Shown: positions 1-12,780 of the stretch, in pieces | How positions within the stretch are numbered: position 1 is the first letter of the stretch | Layout: the number at the start of each line of letters is the position of its first letter | NCBI RefSeq assembly: GCF_018977255.1 | Contig: NW_024704743.1 | Location: 52,702,001 to 52,766,000, forward strand | DNA: 64,000 nucleotides | From: Callorhinchus milii | Taxonomy: Eukaryota | Direction of reading: 5' to 3' | The notes under the pieces: model-generated | Databases searched by the model: none | The model's input: the letters and a program-made list of their open reading frames with translations, nothing else | What the model was told of the DNA's origin: nothing | Program-made: the position numbers and the translations under genes

Positions 1-3000
1 ATGGCAGAATGTCAATGCATACATTCGGTGCATGTACACAATTATTTTCATGTTTGCAGTATTAGAGAACCTAGATTTTAAGTACCATAAACATGTTTCT
101 GAATTGGAGGTGCATATTATGCAGGCAATTCAAGACACTATAGTTTCAATGTGGGATTGAAACCTTTAAAAAATATCAGAAACATTATTTTAAAATAGAA
201 AATAAATTAAAATTACTGGCAAACTTTCTATAAGTAACCCAGATTATTGTTCCAACTTCTATCTGAACATATTACAATTGATGACCACAAAAGTTTCAAA
301 GGCTCTTTTATACCATATCGATATATTATTTTATATACTTATATATTTTGTATAACTTGCTTGAATGAACAACACTTTGCATGCAGTACTTCCTAGTGTT
401 TTATCAAACTATTATTTTCCTGATGCTTTTGATTACAGTTGTTTTAATAATAAATAATAACAATCCTTGTATTTGTATTTAGCGGCTTATCACTTCATCG
501 AGACATCTCAAAGTCCTTCATGGACTATACTGTAAAGAGTGCTACTGTGTTCTTTTTATATGAACAGCAGAACATAATAATATTTCAGAAGAGTTATTAT
601 GATATTCATTATATTGACTGTATTTTATAAAGATATTTGCAAGATATCAAAACTCTATTTGCATTCATCTTTGATGCGTAAGCAAGCTACATGGTTTTAC
701 ATTCAGAATTTCATTTTGATGTTAACATCAAAAATGTAACTGTGTTTCCTGTGAACTCTAACTCCAAAATGAACTTTGGGGTCAAATAGGAACAATGACA
801 GGTTCACCTGCATTGCCCTAATACTGTATGAGTCTAAGAACATTCTTCACTGTACTGAAATCCTCTCAATTCTTCCTCCTTTGAAGCTAGACAAAGACTA
901 TTTAGACAAAAAGTTTCTATTTTGCAAACTTCAAGCAACTGATCCAAAAACAAAAGCAAATATATTCTGGTGAAATGTTACATTTTTAAACTTTCAATAG
1001 AATGCAAATAGGGTACAGAGTTTATTTTTGTTTGCAGTGAAAGGTACATTTTAACTAAAGAACAAATCAATACATTGGTTGCAACTGCGGTTTGTATTTG
1101 CCTGTTTTAATGTAATAAGAAACAATACAGATTGCTGTGATTTACCAATCCTTAAACTTTACAGACCAGCAGACTTGCTACTAGATATTATTTTCAAACG
1201 ATTAACTCCAAAACAGTTTATGAAATGCTTGTGTTTAAAATAATCTGGTAGAATTTTGAATTTAACATGAAATGTATGAACTAGCTTTGACAATAAAGCA
1301 ATGGTTGCAGAATGAAAACAAATGTTTAATGGAACTTAATGGAATAGTTGTCAATACATATATATTTCTAGTCATCAATCAATAATCAAAAATATTTGAT
1401 AGAGTTTGATAAAATCCATGAAATTCCCTGTTTTGGCCCCAAATGTTACCCTCAGTTTTATAGTGCTCTTTTAAAGTTATATAGGTATTGAGGAACATAC
1501 GTACAACTAAAAATATCAACTTTTCAAAAATTCCTTTTATGAAAACATGTCTTCCATATTTCATAAACAAACTGATAAAATATTTGTATGTAAACTGTGC
1601 ATTCCAATATCAAACAAACATTTGTTGCAAAGTTAAGATTACCGAATTGTAGGTTATTTAGAAATCTGTGCAGATGACAAATAGTGAAGCATCACTTTGC
1701 AAAGGACAAATATTGAATTGAATTAATTAATTCTTAAGCTTTTAAACGTAAACACACACATACATATTGTGAATGTCTGTTAAAGGGAAAGTAAAAGAGA
1801 AAGTAAATTAGAAATCAATAACATTTTAGAGAATAATAAAAAAGTTTTTTTTAAAAATGTAAGAATGGATTATTTTGAAGCAAATATGAAAAAAGACTTC
1901 TGGTCTGTAGAATGTCAGGTTCTTTTAACATAATATTTTAAATGATCTGTTACCATCACATATGGAGGGATAGAAAGGCTTGGAGAATGTGCCTCTTACA
2001 GTAGAGAACAAATGCAAGGATTATTAAGGGGACAGAAACAACAAATAAGAAACTATCACACTTGAAAGCAAACCTGAAAAAGAAAGGATAACTCTGTATG
2101 CACAGATATACACTTTTACTGAATTCAGAAAAAAATATAACAAGTACAAGACAAATAATGTAGTTATAATAAAGCGATAAATATGGTCCAATGTGTTTTA
2201 ATTCATACTGAAGTACAACACAATTAAGGACATTTCTGCAGGGAACAATGCAACTTAAATGCACAAAATAATTTGCAATGAAAAAAAAGTCATCAGCTTT
2301 TGATAAGTAAAGTTTACAATATTTGCCATCCTCTTTATGGTCTCAAACATAATTCTGCAAAAGAATTGTTTTTAAGCTTTTGCTTCTCTGATTCAATAGC
2401 ATTAACATTGTGGTACGTATATTAAGTTGACAGGTTTAATTTACAAAGGAAATTCATTGAATTAAATGTTTTTTTCAGCATAATTTAAAGGTGAAACGTG
2501 GGTTCATTACACTATGATGAATGCTATTAATATTCCTTTAATTTTTAAAGTAAATGTTTCAAATGTAATAAATAACATATCATTTTTGAATTAAAATGTT
2601 ATAAATGTTAAATATTTACACAGCAAGGAAATTGACATTTCCTTTGCTTAACTATCTGTTGACTTGTAATTGTTTTATGAGCAACATACCTAAATGTGAA
2701 TATGTATTGAGACAGATCACATACTGCTGTACCTTGCTCAGTAATGAAGTGCCTATTTATCAATTAAAGGAGCAATATTAAAGACAATATTCTGGGCAAA
2801 ATGTACACACTGAGGAAACTAAACACTGAAATGTTTTTTTTGAATCAGAATAGTTCGTATTTGATATGGAAATATGAATGCAGTTTTTTGTAATGTTAAA
2901 TAGGAACTAAAGAGAAAATGATTTCTGTAGTTTATAATTATGTTTTATAATAAATTTGCCCCAATTTACTTTTTATGTTTGGAGATGTTTAACAGCTCTA

Positions 3001-3243
3001 ATTCCCTTTTCATTGAGTAATAAAAAACTATATCACATTAAGCACTTTTTGCAGCAAAGCCATATGGCTACAAAAGTGTTTCAGGATTTACAGGATGTTT
3101 TCTAAAATAAAGAATATACAATATGTCATTCTAATTTCAATCCCTTAGTCTTACGAAATGTAAGTATATGATTACTGTAAATACTTTCAGAAAACCAGAC
3201 CTGCTATCCAAGAACATGTCTTCATTTAAGGTATTTGGGAACC

Positions 3244-3506
3244 GAAATTCCACCTGGATCTAGATTTACACTATTTCCTGGGAATTCAGACCATCCAAAA
3301 TTTGGCACATTCTTGAATTCAGTGTTGACTTTGAAGTTGGTGTTCTGTAGTTCTTAAAAGAAACTTACAAAGTGCAAGAATTATTGAAAGCAGCTTCAAA
3401 ATTAAGGCTGAATTTAAGAACTGTCTAAATTCCGGACACTCTGAAATGCTAAGTACTTTAGATGTAGTCTGAAATCCAGACTACATCTGGATCCAGATGG
3501 AATTTC
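3244..3506. mobile_element. Palindromic MITE-like element
   Basis: Terminal inverted repeats GAAATTCCACCTGGATCTAGAT / ATCTGGATCCAGATGGAATTTC plus further internal inverted arms. Related sequence at 33620-33746. Confidence 0.7.
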
Positions 3507-3609
3507 TACTCCATAATTATTTTTGCCAGTCTCTGTGAAAGAAGCTTAATAGAAGAATATTTAGAGAAAATAATTCCCTGCTTTCAGTAAATATAGATTG
3601 GATTTGATC

Positions 3610-3795
3610 ACAAGTGGCTATTGAAGCTGAATCACTGAATGGAAACTGGATAAGCACCTGAGCAATAAAAAAACATGGAGGGACCATAAGGTGAGCAATG
3701 ATTTGTAAACATAAAAGTGATGCAGAAAACAGTTAGCAGTGACAAATGTGTGTCAAATGGCCACCTTCTTTGCAGAAAACGCCTATGTTTCCATA
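3610..3795 (+). mobile_element. Old CR1 LINE 3' end fragment
   Basis: ggaaactggataagcacctg ... caaatggccaccttct resembles the CR1 3' termini seen at 36100-36270 and 41530-41690. Confidence 0.5.
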
Positions 3796-6533
3796 AGTTA
3801 AAAAACATTGTTCCTTTCAAATGACAAGCAATCATGTTATATCATAGAATTATAAATATCTAGGCATAAATTGTGAACTTTAAAAGGGAGCACCTTCTAT
3901 TATTAACACTATACTGTTATGGAAAATAGTTAACAATAGATAGGCACCTTTTAAATCAGTTTAAAACTAAACTTTTAAGAATGGTGATAGTTTCACTGCA
4001 TTCACCTTCAAAATACAAACTAAACTAAGTAAGTATTTGTTGAACACTTTTTTTCTTGTTTGATAGCTATCTGAATCCAGTCATCTTGTCGTGTTTTCAA
4101 GGAGGTCAATTTTCAATGGAGCAAATAGCACATTATTTTGATCTTTGAAATAAACAAGAAGAGTTGTGTTTTGGATTTGGCAATTTAATATTTTGTATTT
4201 AAAAAGGCAATGTTAATAGTTAGAACCCAACATTATATTTATGACTGCTACAAATATGCTCTGTTTTATGGAATATAGGTTAAAAAACATAGCTCAAATG
4301 TTATAATGTGTATTTTTACTTTGAAAATCAAGCCCTAAGCTAAAGACTAGTATCAGCATATTGGCTAATGTTATTAATATTTATATATGTTTAAAAGCTT
4401 GTGAATTATTAAAACATGTTCATAGCAGGTAAATAATAGTAATTATGATCTTTAGGTATCATTTTAATGTTTTCCAATTCAAAAGTAGAAACACTATTTC
4501 TTACAATCAACAATATTTCTTTAGGTGATACATGTTTTTTGAAGTGAACCAGTTATTTAATCCTCTTTGATATATTCTATTTTAAACCTGTATAAAAACT
4601 AAGTTGAGCATGATAAAATACAATTAAGTATTAACATTTATCATGTATTCTGTCATTGTCCCACAACTCTTCTGTATAAAACATGCCTAGGCAATATTGA
4701 TGTTTTAAACTTAAGTTGTTTAAAATATATTTATTTTCCCCAACAGGGATCAATATCAGTAATGTGAGGTCTGTGTACTCAAACCAGTGACCTCTGCTCT
4801 TTGCCCCCAGGTTCCTGCCAATCATGGAGACAGGAATTTTGGGTGTGGGGAAGAGAAGGTCAGTGACATCAGTAAATGAACTGCATATTATTGATATCAA
4901 TCCATACAGGAGCTGTTTTTTAAACTTTGAAATGTATCATGTCTGGAGAGGTTTATTCTGACAAGCAATTATTCTCAGATTGTGTGTAACGTACAATAAT
5001 TGAAGGAATTCCTTACGTTTTAACTGTTGATGTGATAACAAACAGTACATCAGTTTCTGTAGATTATGCATCTGTTCATTTCATTTTGCAAATCATACAA
5101 TAATCTTGATTGTTTCCCAAAGAAATCGAAACTAAATAATTCATTTCTGTGAAACCACACTGTAATCTTAATTGTGCAAACAATGTTGTGAATGATTCTT
5201 TTACTGCAGTGGATCAACTAGTGTGTACCAATTATTTTTATAAGTGATATTAAGGAATGAAATTAGATATCTGGGCAGGTATTTACAACAAGGGCGCAAG
5301 GCATGACCTTCAAATCAAAATGAAGATGTTTATACCTTTTATATATTCGGCTTGACATGTACTACTAATGTATTGAGTCAATGTTTGACAAAAATGTTTG
5401 GGGGAGGAGAACTACTTTTTCACAAAACGGTTATTTCCCACAACTATTGATCTGAATAAACACACAATGAGGTTTATAGAGAGAAACTCAAACTAACATC
5501 TATGAAGTATCTAAGACACCATACACACACTTCATCCTTTATACCAATTGGTTAAATCCACACTGTTGTTCCCACTTTCTTTAAAGCAACAAAGTTTTAG
5601 TGGATGGTGGAGTGAACAAAAACAAAGTCTCTTTTGGCAATAATTTTACACATTTTCTAAACATGTCCACAGATTAATAGCATTTACCCTCAAATCTCTC
5701 TCTCTCTCTCTCTCTCTTCCTCCCCATTTCAACTCTGTGACAAAACACGAAGAGGGAAGACTTACCAAAAGCAAAGTGTGGTGGTTTTCATACAGTATGT
5801 GGTGCCCTTTGTTACCGTACAAACAAAACAATGTGCACCAAAGTGTCTGTAAACACCAATGTGCAGATCAGGTCGATTCCCGGAATGTAGATTATTGCAT
5901 TTTGGAGGAGTGCAAGTTGAGTGGGTCGGACACAGATCTTGTGTCTGATTTATGTATAAAATCATGCATGACAGAAGAATTAGGAATCTTTAATGGGGAG
6001 GGGAGGGGAGGAGGTATCCGGTGAAATGAAGCGATTCACATTTCCTATCTCAAGAGTAGTCTTTTAAACACAGTCTTAACTTTTTAACGCAGGTACTGCT
6101 GATGGTTAGTTACCCTTCTGGCCCCCACATGGCCTCAATAACCCGAAATCTGTCATTTCTGGCGTAAAACGAGGAAAAAAGTGTCTCTCAAGAGTTTCAT
6201 TCCAACTTTTTTTTCCCCCGGAGACCGAATTTCTCGTGCGTTGTCATTGAAATCTCACTCGTTTTTATTTTAAAAAAAGAGAGGGTTTTTTTTTTTGCTG
6301 ATGATATTCTGAAACGTGATCTATTTCCCTTTAAGTATTGTGGGTAAAGGGAAAGTATGACAGACCCTTTTGGAGAGTTGTTTGGTTTTGGTAGCAATAT
6401 AAACGTTGAGTTGCAGTCGGATGTTTTTGTTCTGCGACCGATTATTTACACGTAGCTCTTTTTTTTTAAAAAAAAATCTTTTTTCACAACACTTTAAGGG
6501 GCTGAGAACACACAGTGTGCAGCAAGACACGAG

Positions 6534-6586
<53 letters not shown>

Positions 6587-8218
6587 TGCTGGCACAGGGC
6601 AAAATGAAGTGCAAGTCACAGGAACCGTGTGGTACGTATTACCAAACCTTTTTTTTTATGTGTAATAAAGCATCGTTATTATTATTTTTTTTCGGTGGGT
6701 GGGTGGTGGGTGGTGGGTGGGGGTGGGGGGGGTGGGGGGGTTCCTGTTCGCCTTATACTTTGCAAGTTCACGATCAAGGTTAGGAGATCATCTCTCCCTT
6801 TTATCAGATGAAAATGCATCACTGGTTTTTTTTTAGAGAGAAGGGGAGAGAGAGAGAGAGAGAGTTTGAAACACGAAGTGATCGGTGTCCAGCGGGACAG
6901 ACGCCAGGGGGTGGGGGTGGGGTGGTGGGGGTGGGGGTGGGGGGGGGGGGGTTTAAAGTGATTTCACTTTTCCCTATGAGCCTGAACCGTTAACATGTTG
7001 GGATCCAGAGAGAGTTGGGATGGATTTTTTTGTCCTCCTCTTTTTTTTTAATGCAAAAGTGTGCGGTGAAAGCTGGGGAGGAGGAGGGAGAGTGAGTGTG
7101 TGAGTGAGTGAGTGAGTGAGTGAGTTGGAGGAGTGAGTGTGGTGGGGGGTTTGGAGAAAGAGAGAGAGAGAGAGAGTGTGTGAGTGTGAGTGTGTGTGTG
7201 TAGTGTGTGGGAGAAAGAGAAATCCACTGGATCCGAGGGTCGTGTGGTGCAACTTTCTTTGCCTTTCGACTGCTGGAACTTGACAGTGGGAAATGAAAGA
7301 TTCATTGAGTTGGAGGGGAGGGAAGGAGGGAGGAGAGGAGAGGGGAGAGGGAAGGGAGAGGAGGGAGGGAGGGAGGGAGGGAGTGTGTGGAGAGGGGGTT
7401 GAGAAGAGAAACAGCTCTCAGGCGGCGTTTCCCCTTTGTTGTTTGAGGAATGCGGAAATGTTGATGCACTGTGTCAACTGCTGAAGGGGGGTCACATTCA
7501 AGCGTCGTGGGAAAGAAAAGGCAACTCTGCTGCTCTGTGCACTCTCTCTCTCTCTCTTTCTCTGACAAGGACTGGGAGCAGGAGAGGAGGAGGAGAGGAG
7601 AGGAGGAGGAGAGGAGGAGGGAGGGAGGGAGGGAGGGGGGAAAACACTCACGGATAAAAAAAAATTAGAGGAAAAAAAAAAGGGGGAAAAGAAAACCCAC
7701 TCGTCTGGGAGATTTCATAAATACCATTTTTTTTTTTTCCCCCTCTCCCCTCTCCCCCCCACCCCCCCACCCCACCCCTCTCTCTTAACACACCGCTGTG
7801 ATCTGTGAGAGTAAGGTTGGCCCTCTGGAGTGTTTTATACACGACATGTCACACCGCCGTCTGGTTCTCGTCCTTTGCACGAATCGCGCCCCAGACGATG
7901 GATGTCCTCGGTTCACACGCGGCAGCAGTGCGGACGGTCTGTCTATACCTGTGTGGCCCCAGTGAGGAGCGGTCAGGGCTGCGGGTCCCGAGTCCCGGAG
8001 ACTCTCCTCTCCCCTCTCTCTCCTCTCTCTCTCCTCTCTCTCGGCTGCGCACTAAAGAGTTCAGGGCTTGAGTTTTGAAGACAGTTGTTGGGTTATATTT
8101 TTTTTTGCACACACACATAGAGAGAGAGAGAGAGAGAGCAAAGCGAAGCTGCCGTCCAAGTGCGGCCCCGATCTGTTTTGTGTTTTGCAATATATTTGCG
8201 ATCAGGTAATGTGTCTCT

Positions 8219-8458
8219 GGTGAGTGGGTGAGTGGGTGAGTGGGTGAGTGAGTGAGTGAGTGGGTGGGTGGGTGAGTGAGTGAGTGAGTGGGTGGGTGGG
8301 TGAGTGAGTGGGTGAGTGAGTGGGTGGGTGGGTGGGTGGGTGGAGTGAGTGAGTGGTGGGTGGGTGAGTGAGTGGGGTGGGGGTGAGTGAGTGAGTGAGT
8401 GAGGTGGAGTGGGTGGGTGAGTGAGTGAGTGAGTGAGTGAGTGAGTGGGTGGGTGGGT
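8219..8458 (+). repeat. (GAGT)n/(GGGT)n compound tetranucleotide microsatellite
   Basis: Directly visible. Confidence 0.95.
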
Positions 8459-8935
8459 GCCAAACACCCCCTCCACCCCCTCCCCAAACCCTCCCCACCC
8501 CCTCCCCCACCCCCCAAACACCGCCCCCCCCCCACCCACCCCCCCCACCCCCCCCCCTCCCCAAACACCCCCTCCCCAAACACCCCCTCCATCCCCTCCC
8601 TCCACAAACACCCCCTCCCTCCCCCCCCCCCCAAACACCCCCTCCCCAAACACCCCTCCACCCCTCCCAAACACCCCTCCCCCTCCCCAAAACCCCCTCC
8701 CCCCCTCCCAAACACCCCCTCCCCAAACACCCCCCCATCCCCTCCCTCCCCCAAACACCCCCTCCCTCCCCCCCCAAACACCCCTCCCGCCCCTCCCAAA
8801 CACCCCTCCACCCCCTCCCTCCCCAAACACCACCTCCCCCCCTCCCCAAACACCCCCTTCCCCCTCCCTCCCCAAACACCCCTCACCCCCTCCCTCCCCA
8901 AACACCCCCTTCCCCCTCCCTCCCCAAACACCCAC
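8459..8935 (+). repeat. C-rich minisatellite with core CCCCAAACACCCC
   Basis: Many imperfect units containing CCAAACACC separated by C/CT tracts. Confidence 0.9.
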
Positions 8936-9180
8936 CCACTCACTCACAAGGTGCCTCCCCACCGCAAACCTGCGGGATATTTACAGAAAAGTCATGCATT
9001 AAACCTGCGGAGTTAGTTGCCATGTGGGGGTGGTGGGTGGGGGTCAGGTTAATTGCCTGAGCAATGCCTTGTGTTAAATTGGGAGGAAGAGGAAAAAAAA
9101 TGGGGAAATCCTATTTGAACCCAACCCCCATCCCCTTCGTTATTTGATGAGTTTTGTTATTATTAGATTTTTTTTTTGGT

Positions 9181-9237
<57 letters not shown>

Positions 9238-9246
9238 CCAACCAAC

Positions 9247-9284
<38 letters not shown>
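9181..9284 (+). repeat. (ATCA)n/(ACCA)n microsatellite
   Basis: Directly visible. Confidence 0.95.
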
Positions 9285-9420
9285 CATTTAACAAGGATTT
9301 CCCTAATAATATCTTGCGACGTTTTAAAATGCAAAAGCTCAATGTTCTTGATTTCTTTTTAAAAGGTGTTTTAGCGGAGATATTTTAGTGATTGCTTTGG
9401 GTTGATAAGTAGGTCCCCCC

Positions 9421-9445
9421 NNNNNNNNNNNNNNNNNNNNNNNNN
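9421..9445. other. Assembly gap (25 N)
   Basis: Run of N between a poly-C stretch and a (GAGT)n array. Confidence 1.
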
Positions 9446-10406
9446 AGTGAGTGAGTGAGTGATGGGTGGGTGGGTGAGGTGAGTGAGTGTGGATGTGGTG
9501 AGTGAGTGAGTGAGTGAGTGGGTGGATGGGTGAGTGAGTGAGTGAGTGAGTGAGTGAGTGAGTGAGTGAGTGAGTGAGTGAGTGAGTGGGTGGGTGAGTG
9601 AGTGAGTGAGTGAGTGGGTGAGTGAGTGGGTGGGTGGGTGAGTGAGTGAGTGAGTGGGTGGGTGGGTGGGTGAGTGAGTGAGTGGGTGAGTGGGTGGGTG
9701 GGTGAGTGAGTGAGTGAGTGGGTGGGTGGGTGAGTGGGTGGGTGGGTGAGTGAGTGAGTGAGTGAGTGAGTGAGTGAGTGAGTGGGGTGGGTGGGTGGGT
9801 GAGTGAGTGGTGGTGGGTGGGTGGGTGGGTGGTGGGTGAGTGAGTGAGTGAGTGGGTGGGTGGGTGGGTGAGTGAGTGAGTGAGTGGTGGGTGGTGGGTG
9901 GGTGAGTGAGTGAGTGGGTGAGTGGGTGAGTGAGTGTGTGGGTGGAGGGTGGGAGTGAGTGAGTGAGTGAGTGAGTGAGTGGGTGGATGAGTGAGTGAGT
10001 GAGTGGGTGGGTGGTGGGTGAGTGAGTGAGTGGGTGAGTGGGTGGGTGGGTGAGTGAGTGAGTGAGTGGGTGGGTGGGAGGTGAGTGAGTGAGTGGTGAG
10101 TGGGTGAGTGAGTGTGAGTGGGTGGGTGTGGTGGGTGGTGAGGTGAGTGAGTGAGTGGGTGGGTGGTGGGTGGGTGGGTGAGTGTAGTGAGGTGGTGGTA
10201 TGAGTGAGTGAGTGGGTGGGTGAGGTGGGTGGTGGAGTGAGTGAGTGAGTGAGTGGTGGGTGAGTGAGTGGGTGAGTGGAGTGAGTGGGTGAGTGGGTGG
10301 AGTGTGGTGAGTGGTGGTGGAGTGGGTGGTGGGTGGTGATGAGTGAGTGTGGTGGTGAGTGAGTGAGTGAGTGAGTGGGTGGTGGAGTGAGTGGTGAGTG
10401 AGTGAG
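9446..10406 (+). repeat. About 1 kb (GAGT)n/(GGGT)n compound microsatellite
   Basis: Directly visible; source of the spurious Thr/His/Ser/Leu/Pro ORFs. Confidence 0.95.
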
Positions 10407-10408
10407 TT

Positions 10409-10579
10409 CACACACCCCCCACTCCATCACTCACACACACACCCCCCACTCCATCACTCACACACACACCCCCCACTCCATCACTCACACACACCCCCCA
10501 CTCCATCACTCACACACACACCCCCCACTCCATCACTCACACACCCCCCCCACTCCATCACTCACACACACCCACACAC
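10409..10579 (+). repeat. Minisatellite with core CCCCCACTCCATCACTCACACACA (about 6 units)
   Basis: Directly visible. Confidence 0.9.
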
Positions 10580-10799
10580 GCGTAAACACATGTGGTTGTG
10601 GACAGTTTCGGTGTTGATGTGACACGAGAGACATTTGGGGCAAATTAAGTAAAAAAGAAAGAATGGCACCTTTGTAACTGTTTTAGTTTATTGTTTGCTG
10701 CAAAATATCTCCCAATGTCACGGTTGACAAATAATTGGGCAAACTTAATATTTTGCACCCCCCACCCCCCCCAAAAAAAAAGCCCACCCTCTCCACACT

Positions 10800-11235
10800 G
10801 CCCCAGGTTGCCCCCACCACCCCAGGCTGTCCCCATCCCCCCCCCCCATCACCCCAGGCTGACCCCCAGGCTGACCCCCCCCACACCCCCAGGCTGACCC
10901 ACCCCCCCAGGCTGACCCCCCACCACCACCACCCCAAGCTGACCCCCCCCACCACCACCACCCCAGGCTGACCCCCCCCCACCACCACCCCAGGCTGACC
11001 CCCCCCCCCCACCACCACCCCAGGCTGACCGCCCCCCCCCACCACCACCCCAGGCTGACCGCCCCCCCCCCCCCCCCCCCACCACCACCCCAGGCTGACC
11101 CCCCCCCACCACCACCCCAGGCTGCCCTCCCCTCCCACCCCCAGGCTGCCCTCCCCTCCCATCCCTAGGCGCCCCCCCCCCACCCCTAGGCGCCCCCCCC
11201 CATCCCCAGGCTGACACCTCTACTCCAGGCTGATG
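10800..11235 (+). repeat. C-rich minisatellite with core CCCCAGGCTGACC
   Basis: More than ten imperfect units of CCAGGCTG separated by C/CCA tracts. Confidence 0.9.
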
Positions 11236-12469
11236 GCTCAGTCCCAGTGCTGACTGTAGCTGGGGGGGGAGGTGTGTTGGCTGGTGCCCGGGGGCTGGTC
11301 CGGCTCTCGCTGGAAACACAAAAAGAAAGGGGATTCTACCTTTCACGTCAGCCTTAGGTTCTAGTCTTTAACCAGTCCGCGCATCCTTTCGTTTCCCCTT
11401 CCCTCTTCCCCTCCTCTACCCGCTGCCTGTCTCAAACCGATCCGCTGATTGTCTCTACCCGGTCCACTCCCCTCCTCTCTGCCCGCTGGTTTCCTCCCTC
11501 TCTGGCTGTCTCCGCAGTTGGCCCTTTACCGTCCGCTCCTCTGCCTGCTCTTGTCTGCCTATGTCAGCATGTCTCTCCTCTGTCAATAGTTTTTTAAAAT
11601 ATATTTTCAAAAAAACAAAATGCCCCTGAGGTTAATCGGTTTAAAACTTGCATATTTAACATAAAACCCACAAGTGAGTTTTAGAAGATAAGATTAACAC
11701 TATTTTGGGAATTTCCCTAAAAGTCCAAAAGTACTGTTTCTCCTCTTGTCAGTGTGCTTCCCCTCAGGCCTTTTTATCATGGAGACATTTGGTGTATGTA
11801 CTTGGATGACTGTTAACATTTGCTTGTTTCTCTCTCCCTTTTAAATTTCTTACAGTAAGGCTTCATTTGTGGGTGTTTTTCTCCGTTCATATAATTTGCA
11901 TACAGCTGCAGAGTACTCTGTTACCTTTGAATGCATATTTGGGTGTTAAATTTGATTGTAGAAACCACCTTAAGTCATTTCTAGAATAGAAGTTTTCATT
12001 TTCACTTGGCAGTAGGAGTTTGGAACTTCTTGGCTCTAGAATCATTTTGAAGCAGGGAGAAAACATTTTTCTTGCCTTATTACATTTTTTTTGTAATGTA
12101 TCAGTTCATTGGAAGTGTCATCCTTCTGTTGAGTAGTCTATTTTGTCTCAAAACTACAACTTCATTTGCTTTCTCAGTCTATTACGTCTTTCTTTTTACT
12201 GAAAACACATTATTTAACACTTGAATACTGAGCAGCTGCAGTCCTCAATGAACTGAGCAGAAATTATGTTCTGTAAATTTGCATTGAAAGAGTCTTGGCA
12301 AACTTTAAGATTGCTTGACATGACAATATAAAGTGTATTGAAAGTGTATCATTATTTGCATGAAGTTATTGTGATAGAATTTACAGAACTCTTCTTCTTC
12401 CACAAACAAACTAAAGTTTATTATAACGTTTCATGATGACAGTTCCCCCTTTAAAAATAGAGCAACTTT

Positions 12470-12780
12470 TAAAGAACTTGCATTTTTATCACATCAAAAC
12501 ATCTCAAAGCACTTAATAAGTAATTATTGTCAATTATGGTGACTGTTTATATGGGGCAAATGCAACAGCTATTTATGCTGGCAGAGACCCACAAACAGCT
12601 ATGAGGTGAATGACCAATTAATCTCCCAAGATGCTGGCCAGGACACTGGAAGAAACTTCCGTTATGTTTTGAATAATATGATGGTATCTTTAACATTCAC
12701 CTGAAATACAGGCAAATGGAACCTCAGTTTAATGTCTCATCTGAATGATGATAATGCTGACCATGTAGCTCATTCCCAAT
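12470..12780 (-). mobile_element. Decayed Deu-core SINE
   Basis: Reverse-complement similarity to the copy at 43551-43930 (ggccaggacact, atctttaacattcacctga, gtttaatgtctcatctgaa). Confidence 0.6.

Larger units (their letters stand above)
6300..11600 (+). promoter_or_regulatory. GC/CpG-richer, transposon-poor, low-complexity region: probable CDK6 promoter, 5' UTR exon(s) and start of the first introns
   Basis: Abrupt rise in GC and CpG against the AT-rich flanks, G/C tracts and no recognisable SINEs. Lies upstream of the CDK6 exons. Candidate donor CAG|GTAATG at 8205/8206. Confidence 0.65.

Noticed and set aside
1..5600. 3' UTR of a neighbouring gene
   Set aside because: AT-rich and repeat-poor, but no coding exon or other direct evidence in the window.
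8459..11235. CRISPR-like repeat-spacer array (CCAAACACC or CCAGGCTGACC units)
   Set aside because: Spacers are poly-C low complexity rather than unique, the context is vertebrate, and there are no cas genes.
7849..11346. Long ORFs of 165-364 aa rich in Gly/Pro/Thr/His
   Set aside because: They are translations of microsatellites and minisatellites that lack stop codons in several frames; no domain content.
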